Positions 23,899-37,096 of a stretch of 64,000 nt of DNA are shown one piece after another. A program made the position numbers and the translations under genes. The stretch is from assembly GCA_951406725.2 (NCBI GenBank), contig OX597822.1, forward strand, positions 97,774,001 to 97,838,000. The letters run 5' to 3'. The notes below the pieces were generated by a model. It was not told the DNA's origin, searched no databases, and worked only from the letters and a program-made list of their open reading frames with translations. Numbering within the stretch: position 1 is the stretch's first letter; every line of letters begins with the position of its first letter. The DNA comes from Octopus vulgaris (lineage: Eukaryota).

Positions 23899-26800
23899 TA
23901 TGATAAAAGGCAGATTTTCTCTGCCTGTTCCTATGTTTCTTTTTAATACAATTCTACAATATAGAATTTCTTCAATTGGAATTTACCTATGATTTTTCCA
24001 AGTAGATTCGATTGGGTCATGGCATGTAAAGGTTTTTCGATTTGACCCCCAATTTAGCAAAAACTCGAGAAAACTCAATATTTTACGATTTGCCTCTCTC
24101 ATTTCAAGTGCTTCACTCCTTCCATTACCACCACACTTTCTCCTACTTTCTCTTTGCAAGAGTGCAACAATTAAAGTGAAAGTATTTATATAACAGGGAT
24201 GAGCCATTAATACTGGTCATCCTTTTTGCTAGAGGAAGATCTGCTATGGTCTTATATGCTACACCACTGGTTTTCAATTCATATTAATCAAATTAATATT
24301 CAATTTTTCACCCTTATTATGTGTGTGTGTATTAGCAATTCGTATAAAATTGCATCAATGACTTGAACCTGAATAAGTGGTTTCACATAAATGGGGATAA
24401 ATTAAAAAGGTTTGTTGTTATTATTATTACTGTTTGACTATTGTAATCACGTTTGTTGGTTCCACGTCAGGGAAACGTTGTTGTGTTGCATTTGTTAAAT
24501 AATTGTAAACCGTAACCCTCCCCCTTTCGGAGAAGGGGCTTTGGTTATTGTTTAAAAATTGAATTGTGTCCCTGTTTGGGGAATTGACAATATTTTCACC
24601 GTCTTCACGGAAGCATTTTTGTTTAAATGCCTTCGATAGAAGAAAGTCCAAAAATGAATTTCGCTGCAGCCGTACACTTCTATACAAGAGGGAGGACAAG
24701 ATCCAATTGATCGAAATTGCAAGAGACGGGCCTACAATTCCAGTCTGTTATATATTTTGAGTATTGTTATCACTAGCGATATCAAGATATAACTTTGTAT
24801 TTTGTATTTTATGTGTATATGTATATATATAGATGTACATGTAATATGTATACATATATATAAGCACATATATACATGCATAATATATCTACCCATACAC
24901 ACACACGCAAACACACACACACATACATAGGGGCAGGTGTGGCTGTGTGGTAACAAATTACGTTCGAAGATACTGTACTTGATATGGGCGGTAGTGCCTT
25001 GCCGGTCTAAGGCCTACCTTCAACAAACCGGGAAGGCACAAACACTCTGTCTTCACATTTGCTGCGTGAGACATGTTTTAACGTTGACGAGCTTGCCGAG
25101 TACATAGCCGACAATGAGCCAAAGCTCCTTCCAGAACAGAAGTTCGCTTACAACTCCGTTGTTAATTCAGTCCGGGCCAAAGCTGGGGGGGATTTTTTTC
25201 CTGGACGCTCCTGGGGGCACTGGGGAAACTTTTGTCAACAAATTAATATTGGCTGAGATTAGGCGAACACAAGGCATTGCCCTAGCTGTGGCATCATCTG
25301 GAATTGCGGCTACTTTGTTGCCAGGCGGCAGGACAGCTCACTCCACTTTCGAGTGTCCGCTTGACTTAGCTAAGACTGAGACACCAACTTGCAACATCAG
25401 TAACAGCTCCGATCAGGCAGAAAGTTTATCGTTTGGGATGAATGCAAGATGGCCCACAGAGGTGCTCTTGAGGCACTAGATAGATCTCTCAGAGACATCA
25501 AACACTCTTCAGCTCCCATGGGAGGCATAACACTTCTTCTTTCAGGGGACTTCTGACAAACACTTCCCGTTATTCCCAAAGGGATTAGAGCTGATGCAGT
25601 AAGTGCGTGTCTTAAGTCATCCACATTGTGGCCACTGGTGAAGACTCTCAAACTTCACACCAATGCGACGTAATATCACATCAGCAGCATTTTTTCACAC
25701 CCTCCTTGCACTTGGCGAAGGCAAAATACCAGGGGATGAAAATGGTAATATTGCCATCGATTCCATTTGTACCATTGTTAAAACGCCTTCTGATCTCAGA
25801 GATGCAGTGTTCCCAGATCTACAAGCTAATTATCAGAATATGGATTGGATTGGCCAAAGGGCTATTCTGGCCCCGAGGAATAAAACTGTTCACCATATTA
25901 ATGATGAAATGCTAAAACTCATTCCTGAGGATGTCTATGTATATAAGTCTATCGATACAACTCCTGACCCAGAGGACGTCATCAACTATCCAATAGAGGT
26001 ACTCAATTCCTTTGAGCCCCCGGACTACCACCACACATTCTCAAACTTAAAGTTGGTGCCCCTATAATGCTCATTAGAAATTTGGTTCCCCCAAAACAAT
26101 GCAATAGCATACGTTTGATCGTTAAGTCCTTATCTCCCAATCTGATTGAGGCCACCATTATCACAGGGTGCGGTCGAGGCAACGTTGTGCTCATACCTAG
26201 GATGCATCTTTTCCCATCAGGAGCAGACCTACCTTTCATATTTCGGAGGTCCCAGTTCCCAGTAAGGCCATGTTTCGCAATGTCAATTAACAAAGCGCAG
26301 GGTCAAACACTGTCTGTGGCGGGAATACATTTGGGAGAGCTATGTTTCTCTCATGGTCAGCTTTATGTTGCCTGCTCGCGTGTCGGCAGCAACAGTGATG
26401 CTTTCGCATTCGTTCCGCAACGAAAAACAATAAACATTGTGTACAAGGAGGTTTTATAGGATTACTCCATTTCATCATTTTCGAACACGTTAGTATTTCA
26501 CTTACATACGACTCTCTTTTAATGATGGCATTTACATTTTTAGGCGTTTCATGACATTAATTCACACTTAACCAACACCTGTCCTTCGCTCACCTCTATT
26601 TCTATCCATTCATCATCAAACCACCAGCCTCATCTTCTATATCCAACGTACATGAAACATCTACCCCCTACATTTACACTCTCACTGTTAAAGTTTACAT
26701 AAGCGACAACATGATCGCAACATACACTTTGGAAACTAAGCAACAGATCATTTTATACAACAACAAATTTAATCATAACGCCCATCAATGAAAACATCTC

Positions 26801-27301
26801 CACCACTATGTTGTGATTCATCTATTCAACACCACTACAGTCTTGCCGGTCTGACATATGGTGAGTAGATGCTATTGTTCTATATTTTATAAATTACCCA
26901 TATTTACTTACCCATGCTTCATTCCCCTCTTGCCTACATAGGGCATCCATTCTCTTTTAACACAGCATGGAGTTTTGTAACAGCACATACGTTGCCGTTC
27001 GTGGAAAACGAAGAGACCCTATTCACTTGCGAACGTTTTACACTGCCTTCCACGACTATCAAATTCTTACAATTATGAGAACAATAACATGGCTCTTTTC
27101 AAGGCAACCTCGCATTCAATTCTTACACAATTCTACGAGGGGGTAGAAACCCCTTTACACGGCTTTCTATACACTTACAGATACATTAATTCGCCGTAAA
27201 CTTATATCAATATTTGCCTGAATAATCATCATAATTCAGTGCAATTATTAACAGTACTTTCAAGCAATTCAGCCCCGAGCATCGCCGGGCAATTCTGCTA
27301 G
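23896..27301 (+). mobile_element. Internally deleted Helitron with both termini, inserted in (TA)n
   Basis: 5' TC(TTATGATAAAAG); 3' GC-rich hairpin CCCGAGCATCGCCGGG then CTAG at 27298-27301; inserted between A and T. Confidence 0.85.
24975..26459 (+). pseudogene. Helitron PIF1-like helicase relic
   Basis: FFLDAPGGTGETF, AVASSGIAATLLPGGRTAHS, RAILAPRN, QFPVRPCFAMSINKAQGQTL, FSHGQLYVACSRV; frameshifts. Confidence 0.92.
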
Positions 27302-28074
27302 TATATATATATATATATATAACTATAGCATTATCCTAAGTATTTTCTGGCTCTAATTTTCCATATATTTCATGCTCGTACGTTTGTATTTCTTCAGTTG
27401 CTTGCTTCTTCTAATTCAATTAATTTCTTTCGACTTCTATTGACCACAATAAGAAACTAAGTTCATATTAGAGCAACCTTCCACCTTATTGAATTTTTAG
27501 ATATTTACAATACCCATATCTCTATTTAAACTTATAACTGACCTTTCGACACCTAGACTAGCAAATTTGAGTAAAGTCTATTCTAAGAACTAAAATGACA
27601 CAAATTTAGGTACAATACATTATAAACTTCGTTTTAGCAAGCTATAGCCTGACTTTCAAACTTTCAACTGAGCAAAAGTTCAAAGTTCTTTTGTTCAACG
27701 ATCGCTAAATAATTTCCAACGAAGAAAAGATATTCAGTTATAATGAAGTGGTTTAGTAGACTAATTGTTTAGTTTTAGCTTCGTTGCACATCATTTCCTG
27801 CTGAAAAAAACCCCATCATTCCCTACTTCATCACACTGTTCACACCGTATACACTCTGCTCTACCTAAATTTAACTAAATCCTATATAAACTCCAGATTT
27901 CTCTCTTGTCTCCACTGTCGTGAACAGCTAAATTAACTCAAAGTTGACTGTCATTTCACACACACACGGTTTTTTTGTTTATTTTATGGTAGAACGCCTT
28001 AAAGTGTTCAATATAGCATTGTAACTCGTTGGATTCTGCTGTCACCTATCATCGACAGCGTGCTCATCTTTGAA

Positions 28075-29920
28075 ATTCTCGAGTAAGAATTTGGCCTGAT
28101 AATTCGAGATTCAATTCAGACAAGAAAAGACTAAACAACCCGGCTTGATGTGCAATGTGTCTAGACGTGGCTCTAATGCACTGACACACTAGGGATATGG
28201 ATACTGAGAGAAATTCGATGCCAATTACAAAAGAGTGTAACTACCATTGGCAACTAACAAAACAGAGAATTTCAGTATATATAACATTTTTAGCTGTATT
28301 TCGTCTTTAAGTTCTGAGTTCAAATTCCGCCGAGGTCGACTTTACCTTTCATCCTTTTAAAGAATATTGAGATAGCTGGTTTAATCAGTTGCTCTCCAAT
28401 AGTGTGATTTTTAAAAATGTTTTGCTATAAGCAGGGAGGTTTCGCGGCCGGCTTCGAGGGCACGAAGTGTTGAGCGCGTGTTGTGCAACAAATAGTGAAG
28501 GGAGTTTTGTTCGGTTTTCAAAATTTTCTTTTGGTGATTTGAATTAGAATTGTTGGGATGTCTTATCTTCAAGTGCGCTTTTAGCCTGTCTGCCCGCCTT
28601 CATTGACTCATTACTTATTTTCTGATGACATAATAAGCGGAACGGTTTACGCTTATCATGCTCATCAGGAATAAACCCAAACTTTAAAAGCTCCACCGAA
28701 TATTGACGAGTCTTCTTCTTGCTTTGTTTACTTATTTTGAAATGGGCTGAGACAAATCCAAGAAAGTGATGAAGCGATTGGAGATGACGATTTTGTACAG
28801 CGTAGAAAGAAAGGGATTCGAAGCATCTATCAGCAATAGTGAGCGGAGTTCACTGCAGCTTTTATAAACGCTTGACACTGGAGAATAGATATTCTTTTCT
28901 ACTTTAGGCACAATGCTCGAACTTTTATGGGTAGGGGCCAGTCGATTAGATCGATCCAAGTACGCAACTGGTAATAAATTTATCTACCCTGAAAGGATGA
29001 AAGGCAAAGTCGACCTCGGCGAAATTTGAACTCAGAACTTAAAGACAGACGAAATACCTATTTCTTTACTACCCACAAGGGGCTAAACATAGCGAGGACA
29101 AACAAGGACAGACAAACAGATTAAGTCGATTACATCGCACCCAGTGCGTAACTGGTACGTGATTTATCGACCCCGAAAGGATGAAAATAGATTTAAAAGG
29201 ACACTGCTCGGAAGTGGGGTCGAGTATTAGCCATTTTACATCTTCATTATATAATTTCATATCATTCATCCGTCTGTTTTTGTCCCCACTTGTGCTGTCA
29301 TTCCTGTCCTTGTTCGTCCCCCCCTGTGTGTGCTTTTTATAGGTAAATAAAGAGAAAAGTTCGGGAGAGGGGATAAGTCGATTACATCGACTCCACTCAT
29401 CAGCTAGTACATATTTTATCGACCCCGAAAATATGAAAGGTATAGTCAGTCTCGGCGGAATTTGAACTGAGATCGTAGACAGACGAAATACTATTTCTTT
29501 ATTACCCACAAGGGGCTAAACATAGAGGGGACAAACAAGGACAGACAAACGGATTAAGTCGATTACATCGACTCCAGTGCGTAACTGGTACTTATTTAAT
29601 CGACCCCGAAAGGATGAAAGGCAAAGTCGACCCCGGCGGAATTTGAACTCACAACGTAACGGCAGACGAAATACCGCTAAACATTTCGTCCGGCATGCTC
29701 GCCACTTTGTGCGTTGATAATATTATATACTGAAATTCTCTGTCTTGTTAGTTGCCAATGGTAGTCACACCCTCTTGTAATTGGCACCGAGTTTCTCTCA
29801 ATATCCACATCCCTAGTGTATCAGCGCATTAAAACCACGTCTAGACTCATTGCACATCAAGCCAGGTTGTTTAGTCCTCTCTTGCCTAAATTGAGACTCG
29901 GTGGAATATGACTCGAGAAT
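28075..29920. repeat. Diverged inverted repeat, arms about 28104-28283 and 29722-29900
   Basis: GACTAAACAACC...TGATGTGCAATG...ACCATTGGCAACTAACAA recurs as its reverse complement. Confidence 0.85.
28935..29705 (-). mobile_element. Cluster of four full or partial SINE family C units
   Basis: Repeated AAGTCGATTACATCG...GAAAGGATGAAA blocks. Confidence 0.85.
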
Positions 29921-30159
29921 AGATATTGAAACAGAGAAACAAACGCCTAACGAATACAGATACCTCACTCGGTACGCTGATTGATTCCCATGATTTAAGT
30001 ATCATTCAAGCACGGCAGTGGTTGAATATAGTCTTAAGTCCACCATTTCGTCAATCGCCGCGGATTCTAAGCTTCACCACTAATTCAGTTCTCAACTAAA
30101 TTGCAAACTGTTAACAGTCTTAAAGAGGACACCTCCTCAGCAATGAAAAATCATTGCTG

Positions 30160-30545
30160 CTGATGAGATATCAATAAGATGTATGGCATATCCAGAGCCT
30201 TCTACATATATAAAAGAACATGTGGCAGTTATCATGAAAAGAATTGTGTTCTCAACACATACATACATCTTGGCTGAACTCACAATCCCTTATGAGAACC
30301 GAATAGAGAAACAAAACCAATTTAAGACGAGGAAATACGATAACCTTGTGAGAGACCTAACAAGGGAGGGGATACAGTTGTACAGTAAAGGCAGTGTATA
30401 TTGGCGCACGGTTTTTTTTTGTTGTTGAAATCAGCTCAGAATCAAGGGTTGCAAAATAACAGCGACAATGAAACGCATGTCAAAGCCAGCTGAGAAGAAC
30501 TCAATGTGATTATAGGCAAAAAGGAATGATTGATAAAACAAGCCA
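30160..30545 (+). mobile_element. Degraded LINE C-terminus with a restriction-like endonuclease (R4/NeSL/HERO-type)
   Basis: ILAELTIPYENRIEKQNQFKTRKYDNL resembles the ELT(V/I)P(W/Y)E...K..KY RLE motif. Confidence 0.7.
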
Positions 30546-31959
30546 TTAAACATAGGCAAAAGGAAGCCCAGTTTGAAACAGGGTTAATACTTGCGGTGGT
30601 CTTCTTTGTGGCTGAGCAAATAAGGTGACCAATATGTTCCGAGTTCACTAAAGGTGGCATTTAAATAAAAACAGAAGGACGTTTAGAAGTCACTACTTAG
30701 GTGGACCCAGCGCCCTTAGAGTGTCAGGAACTTAGGGACTGAAATATTTGTTTGAAGGGAGTTCTACTTCTGGAGACTTCTGCTGTCTCTTCACTCGTTA
30801 CGAGTTTTCTCTCGCAGCACATTTAGGTAACCATAGGTAACATTGGAAACTGGCAAGAGAACGATGGAAAAGCTGCTTCCTCCCTTCAGTTGATGCAGAT
30901 ACTAACTATAGACAAAAAGAGATGAAACCTTAGTATAGAAGGCAGTTGGTGATTATTGTAATCCAATCTTCTTCAGCTGTCTTATTGATCGCGTGCTGTT
31001 CTGTAAGTTAGAAACAAGTTCTTGGAACTAAGAATATAAAAATATTAAATCAACTAGGGAAAATTTGACAGTTTCACACAGGAAACAAACAAAAACACTA
31101 CAAAAAAAAAAAAATACTCCCAAAACGAAACGAAACAAAAAAGAAACTAAAAGAAAAAGAAAATGAATATTGATGTCATGTGAAACTAAATGGACAGATG
31201 ATGTTAAAAATGTAAGAAAAATAAAAACAACACAACATTTTAATAGTGAGCAGAGAAAAAGCTCAGGAAGCGTAGGAAACGATAGAGCAAAACGATAGAG
31301 CAAACTTACTAATTAGATCCGGTTGAATTTCTGGATAGACTGATCATGAAACTATCAGGAAACACTTTGAAAACCAATATCATACAAATATACTCTCCTA
31401 CACATGGATATAGTCACGAAATGACAAATGAATTTTACTAAAATATACAAAATGATAAATAATCGAAAGCTGAGGAAACCATAATTATAATAGAATATTC
31501 TGAATTCAGAAATCAGCAGAGATAACAGCGACACAAAATAAGTTGATATGAATTAATTAGATGAAAGAAATGAATAAAAATATGACCTGTTGGTCCTTGT
31601 AAAATAAATAGTCTACTACAAATAGGAGAATTTAGGTGACACAAGATCTCAGGCAAAATCTATCAGTGGCTCGTAATCGATGTGCCGCGGATTAAAAACA
31701 AATAAAAAACCCCAAAACATGAACCATAATTTTGTTGAACAGAGATATAAATCGTAATTGAAGATAAGCAAAACGTTACAGTTTTCGTAAATTTTAACTT
31801 TAATTAAATATTTTTAAACTATATCTAAAGTAAATCAGTATTTTTTTTTATTTGTTATCCAGTGTGCGTCAGGACGTCAAAAACAAAAGAAACTGAGAAC
31901 TGCTGAACTTATTAACTAATAAATCAAAGTATTTACAAGCTATGTGAAACTTTCGAAAG

Positions 31960-32192
31960 GGGATGAGGGACTTCCTGGAATATTCCGAGGGAGAGGAGGT
32001 GATGAGGGACTTCTCGCAATGTTCTGAGGAAGTGGAGGAAGTGGTAGGTGGAGACACTTACTGGAAAGTTCCAAGGAAGGGGAGGAATGACTTCCTGGAA
32101 TGTTCTGAGAAGTAGTGAGGACTTCGTGGAAATTTCCGAGGAGTGGGATAGAGACTCACTGAAAAGGCAGGGGAGGAGGGACTTCCTGAAGT
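31960..32192. repeat. Degenerate purine-rich minisatellite (GACTTCCTGGAA-NN-TTCYGAGG units)
   Basis: About six units of roughly 30-45 bp. Confidence 0.75.
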
Positions 32193-32445
32193 AAATATAA
32201 ATTTAGGCCTTTATCCAGAGGCGATTAAATTAAAAATCAAATTTAAGTAAAGGAAAATTACTAAAATAAAGAAAAATTAAACTATAATTTTAAAAAATTA
32301 GCATAATCTAGACAGTTGTATTGATTATGGCACAAGACCAGCAATTTCTAGGAAAGGTGTAAGTCGATTACATCGACCCCGAAAGGATAAAAGGCAAGTC
32401 GGACATTTGTGGTATTTGAACTCAGAACGTGAAGAACAAAATACC

Positions 32446-32700
32446 TATTTCTTTATTACCAACAAGGAGCTAAACACAGAGCGGACAAACAAGGACATAC
32501 ATAGGTATTAAGTCGATTACATCGACCCCAGTGCGTAACTGGTACTTAATTTATCGACCCCGAAAGGATGAAAGGCAAAGTCGACCTCGGCGGAATTTGA
32601 ACTCACAACGTAACGCAGACGAAATACGGGCTAAGCATTTCGCCCGGCGTGCTAACGTTTCTGCCAGCTCGCCACCTTTTCTGCCAGCTCGCCGCCTTAA
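32446..32700 (-). mobile_element. SINE family C inserted into an older family C copy
   Basis: TSD GAAGAACAAA(A)TACC; the older copy continues on both sides. Confidence 0.85.
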
Positions 32701-33139
32701 TGAAGGCGAGCTGGCAGAAATGAAGAAGAACAAAATACCGCTAAGCATTTCGAATCCAGACAGTGGAAATACGAAACAAGTATACGCAAACATCACTAAA
32801 GATCACACTAACGAAAAGAGGAAAAGATAAGAGAAAATAAATGACGGTTGGAATTTCAAAGATGTTGGCGAGGAAAAAGAGGTGCAGGAATAAAGATCAA
32901 TATAGAACATTCGAGAAAAAGAGAGATGTGCTATACGTACCAAGGTAACAAGCAATTGGTTGGGTAAACAACTGGAACACTCGTCGTCGTAACCGACGGA
33001 GAGCCAGTATTATTTGACTGGTAATTTATTTCATCGACATCGAAAAGATGAAAGGCAAAGTTGACGTTAACGAAATTTGAACATAGAACGTAAAGCACCA
33101 TAACCTTTTACTAATCCACAGCCCCTCTTATGAAATAGA

Positions 33140-33524
33140 GTGGAGGCGCAATGGCCCAGTGGTTAGGGCAGCGGACTCGCGGTCATAGGATCGCGGTTTC
33201 GATTCCCAGACCGAGCGTTGTGAGTGTTTATTGAGCGAAAACACCTAAAAGCTCCACGAGGCTCCGGCAGGGGATGGTGGTGATCCCTGCTGTACTCTTT
33301 CACCACAACTTTCTCTCACTCTTACTTCCTGTTTCTCTTGTACCTGTATTTCAAGGGGCCGGCCTTGTCACTCTCTGTGTTACGCTGAATATCCCCGAGA
33401 ACTACGTTAAGGGTGCACGTATCTGTGGAGTGCTCAGCCACTTACACGTTAATTTCACGAGCAGGCTGTTCCGTTGATTCGGATCAACCGGAACCCTCAT
33501 CGTCGTAACCGACAGAGTGCTTCC
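33140..33524 (+). mobile_element. SINE family B
   Basis: Full copy; TSD TTATGAAATAG. Confidence 0.92.
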
Positions 33525-33549
33525 TTATGAAATAGTAATTCTTTCAAGC

Positions 33550-34845
33550 TTTGTCACAAAGCTAGCAATTTTAAGGGAGGAGAGAAGTCGATAGTATCGT
33601 CTCAGTCCTCGACTAGTACTTATTTTATCGATACGGAAAGGATAAAAGGCCAAGTCGACCTTGGCAGAATTTGAACTCAGAACGTAAAAACCTGGAAAAC
33701 ACACCGTTAAAAATTTCATCCAACGTGCCAAAGATTCTGACAATTCACTGCTCATTTAAAAGGTGGAAGAAAGCGGCATACATGATGAGAATGAATGTAA
33801 CTACTTAAGAAAAGACAAAAGGAATCAGGGAAGGTTCAGTGAGGCATCGTGGTCTGTGCCCGGTTCATCACTTCAGGTTTTCCTCATTTATTTCAGTTTA
33901 TATTTTTATAAAATCCTTCTGTAATCATTCGGGACAAATCCTCCGATCCCTTGTCTATCCCCTATGTTAGGACTTTATGGCTATTATAAAATCAATCCAT
34001 TGCTCATTTAATAAATAATGGTTATATAATAGCTGTGACTGATTTTGGCACAAAGCCAGTAATTTTGAGTGGGGAGGGTGTTAAGCGATACCGTCTAATG
34101 TTGCACTTGACTAGTACTTAATTTTATCGACCCGAAAGGATGAAGGGCAAAATTGACCTCTGTTGGATTTGAACTCGGAATGTATAAGTTGCTACTCATT
34201 CAAGCACAATGCCTTAAAGTTTGAGGGGATGGATTAGTCTATGTCATCAATTCCAGTATTGAATTTGTTCTTTATTTTATTGAACCGGAATAGATAAAGG
34301 CAAAGTTGACACCAGCTGTATTTGAACTCAGAATGTAAAGATCTTGAAGAAATATTGGTTTAAAATTTTGGCACAAGGCCAGCAATTTTAGGGGAGGGGA
34401 AGTCGATTACGTCGACCCTAGTGCTCAACTGAAAGGCAAAGTCGACCTTGATGGAGTTTGAACTTAGAACATAAAGACTGACGAAATGCCGATCAACATT
34501 TTGCTCAGTGTTCGAACATTTGAGAGTTCGCCGCCTTAGCCATAAGAAATATTGATTTCAAAATTTGGCACGAGACCACCAAGTTCGATTGAGGTGTTAA
34601 GTCATTTACATGATCTGCTGTGTGCATAGGACTATCAGTCCGTTGTTACCCATACTCTTACAAATAACTCTTTCTAATTATGGCACAAGGCCAGCAATTT
34701 TAGAAGCGCGATGAGTCGATTATTGACCCTAGTGCTCAACTCGTACTTATTTTATCGGCACCAAAAGGACGAAAGGCAAAGTTGAGCTCAGAAAGTAAAA
34801 CCATAAAAAAATGCCGCAAAGCATTCTGCCAGCTCGTTGCCTTAA
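33550..34845 (-). mobile_element. Run of old, diverged SINE C-related units
   Basis: Repeated GGCACAAGGCCAGCAATTT...AGTCGAT...AAAGGCAAAGT.GAC...TTTGAACTCAGAA. Confidence 0.7.
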
Positions 34846-35030
34846 TATTCTTACAAATAATAACATCTCAGCTTATGAAGAGGAGACCGAGCGTGAATGT
34901 AGAAACCTTTTATGAACATATCCACTTGCTAAGTAATAAGAAAAAAATTGCATTTGTCTGTATTAAAAGAGGAGTTTGTAATAATGGAGGGTTAAAGGTA
35001 GTCAAGTAGTAAATATTTATGCACTATATG

Positions 35031-35261
35031 TTTCTTTATTGCCCACAAGGGGCTAAACATAGAGGGGACAAACAAAGACAGACAAAGGGAACAAGTCGAT
35101 TACATCGACCCCAGTGCGAAACTGGTACTTAATTTATCGACCCCGAAAGGATGAAAGGCAAAGTTGACCTCGGCGGAATTTGAACTCACAACGTAACGGC
35201 AGACGAAATGCCAGTAAGCATTTCGTCCGGCGTGCTAACGTTTCTGCCAGCTCGCCGCCTT
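35031..35261 (-). mobile_element. SINE family C
   Basis: Full copy; TSD ATTTA(T/C)GCACTATA. Confidence 0.9.
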
Positions 35262-35528
35262 CATTTACGCACTATATAGTCTTCGTATGTACGTAAGAAC
35301 AACCATATAACTCTTACTATAAGTATGCATGGTGAAAACATTAGTGAAGCTGGGTGACATTACTACTCATTGTTCGATCTACCGATGCCTGCAAATTCAA
35401 GCTCAACTTGAACAATATCTCTAATCGATGCTACCGGATGCTTGTTTCATGATGTTCGCGTCATTGTTTCAGAAGGTCTCACCTATGTGTTACTGTTGTC
35501 TTTCTTAAAGAACTGGATTAAACACTTA

Positions 35529-36122
35529 GGTTCTTTACTTTTTGACCGACAGATTTAAAAAATAATTTTTTGTAACTAAACATTTTCAAACTTCGGACAC
35601 TGGTAGAATGTGTCATATAAAAATATTTACGAAGTTATTTCACGTTAAAGTTGTAGTATGTCGGTAATTTTAACCAATCAATGACGTGTATTCAACTGAA
35701 TAAGATTACTGCCGTTGTTTGTCAACAACTATTGGCGATGTATTTTTTGTTTGTCACTGTTATTTATGACATCGTTCGTGCGTTTGTACTGGTTTTAGGG
35801 TTAGGCATTTAGGGTTAGGGTTAAGGTTTTAGGATTAGGGTTGTCATAAATAACAGTGACAAACGAAATATACACCGCCGGAAGTTCTTGTTGACAAACA
35901 ACAGCAGTAATTTTATTCAGCTGAATACACGTCATTGATTGGTTGGAATTACCGAAATACGAGAACTTTAACGTGAAATAACTTCGTAAATATGTTTTTT
36001 TTCTCAAAAATGCTAAGAGTAAAAGATGTTTTATATGACACATTCTACCAGTGTCCAAAGTTTGAAAGTGTTTAGTTACAAAAAAATTATTTTAAAATCT
36101 GTCGGTCAAAAGGTAAAAATCC
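35529..36122. mobile_element. Fold-back MITE with GG...CC ends, 8-bp TSD and central (TTAGGG)n
   Basis: Long inverted arms; TSD AACACTTA. Confidence 0.88.
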
Positions 36123-36303
36123 AACACTTAAGGGTAAAATGAATAATCACACATGGGCTTTTTGCGAAGTTTCCGAAGCTGTTATATTAAGGAGCAGAAC
36201 ATGTTATTTTCGCATCTGGACTTGCACTCAGCGTTTGCGTCAGAGTGGACCTCATCTCTAGGTCAGGTGGTGATAGTAAACCGGACGTATAAGGTCTACC
36301 GCT

Positions 36304-37096
36304 GGATCTTTTCCTTTTGAACGGCACATGTCAACATAATTTCTAGTTAACTAAACACTTTAAAACTTCGTATACTGATAGAATGTGTCAAAATAAAACA
36401 TTTTTTTCTCTTGGCTTTCTTGATAAAATTGTAATTCGTTTGTTTAACGTAGTTTAATTTTTCGAATTTTAACCAATGAATTGCCTCTAATTGAGCTAAA
36501 ATCATTTGCTGCGTCTAAAACTGAGACAACATCCTGTCACTAACCCTAACCCTAAATTTTAGCCTTTCGTATTTTTTTTCTTAATTGTTAAATTAATTTA
36601 AGGATAACAATTAAAAAAAAAAACGATAGGCTAAAAGGAAAGCAATGGAAAATAATTGAAACAATTAAACAAAATAATTCTATAATTTTATACACACGCT
36701 TTCCGTACGTATATGGAAAGCGTGTGTATAAAATTATAGAATTATTTTGTTAATTATTTTGTTTAAATTATTTTCCATTGCTTTGGTTTTTTTTTTTTTT
36801 ACACGCGTAACAATTAAATTAATTTAACAATTAAGAAAAAAAAAATTAGGGTGAGGGTTAGTGACAGGATGTTGTCTCAGTTTTAGACGCAGCAAATGAT
36901 TTTAGTTCACTAGAGGCGATTCATTGGTTAAAATTCGAAAAATTAAACTACGTTAAACAAACAAATTACAATTTTCTCAAGAAAGCCAAGAGAAAAAAAT
37001 GTTTTATTTTGACACATTCTACCAGTATACGAAGTTTTAAAGTGTTTAGTTAACTAGAAATTGTGTTGACATGTGCCGTTCAAAAGGAAAAGATCC
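36304..37096. mobile_element. Fold-back MITE with GG...CC ends and 8-bp TSD
   Basis: TIR GGATCTTTT(T)CCTTTTGAACGGCA; palindromic almost to its centre near 36708; TSD CTACCGCT. Confidence 0.92.

Noticed and set aside
25059-26459. Host PIF1 helicase gene
   Set aside because: Intronless, frameshifted and enclosed by Helitron termini
31960-32192. CRISPR-like array or short acidic peptide gene
   Set aside because: Eukaryotic context, degenerate repeats without unique spacers, and an ORF of only about 50 codons
33140-33215. tRNA-like sequence
   Set aside because: SINE head; no proper acceptor stem or terminator, and it continues into the SINE body
35795-35842. Telomere or chromosome-fusion scar
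   Set aside because: Short degenerate TTAGGG run at the centre of a TSD-flanked MITE
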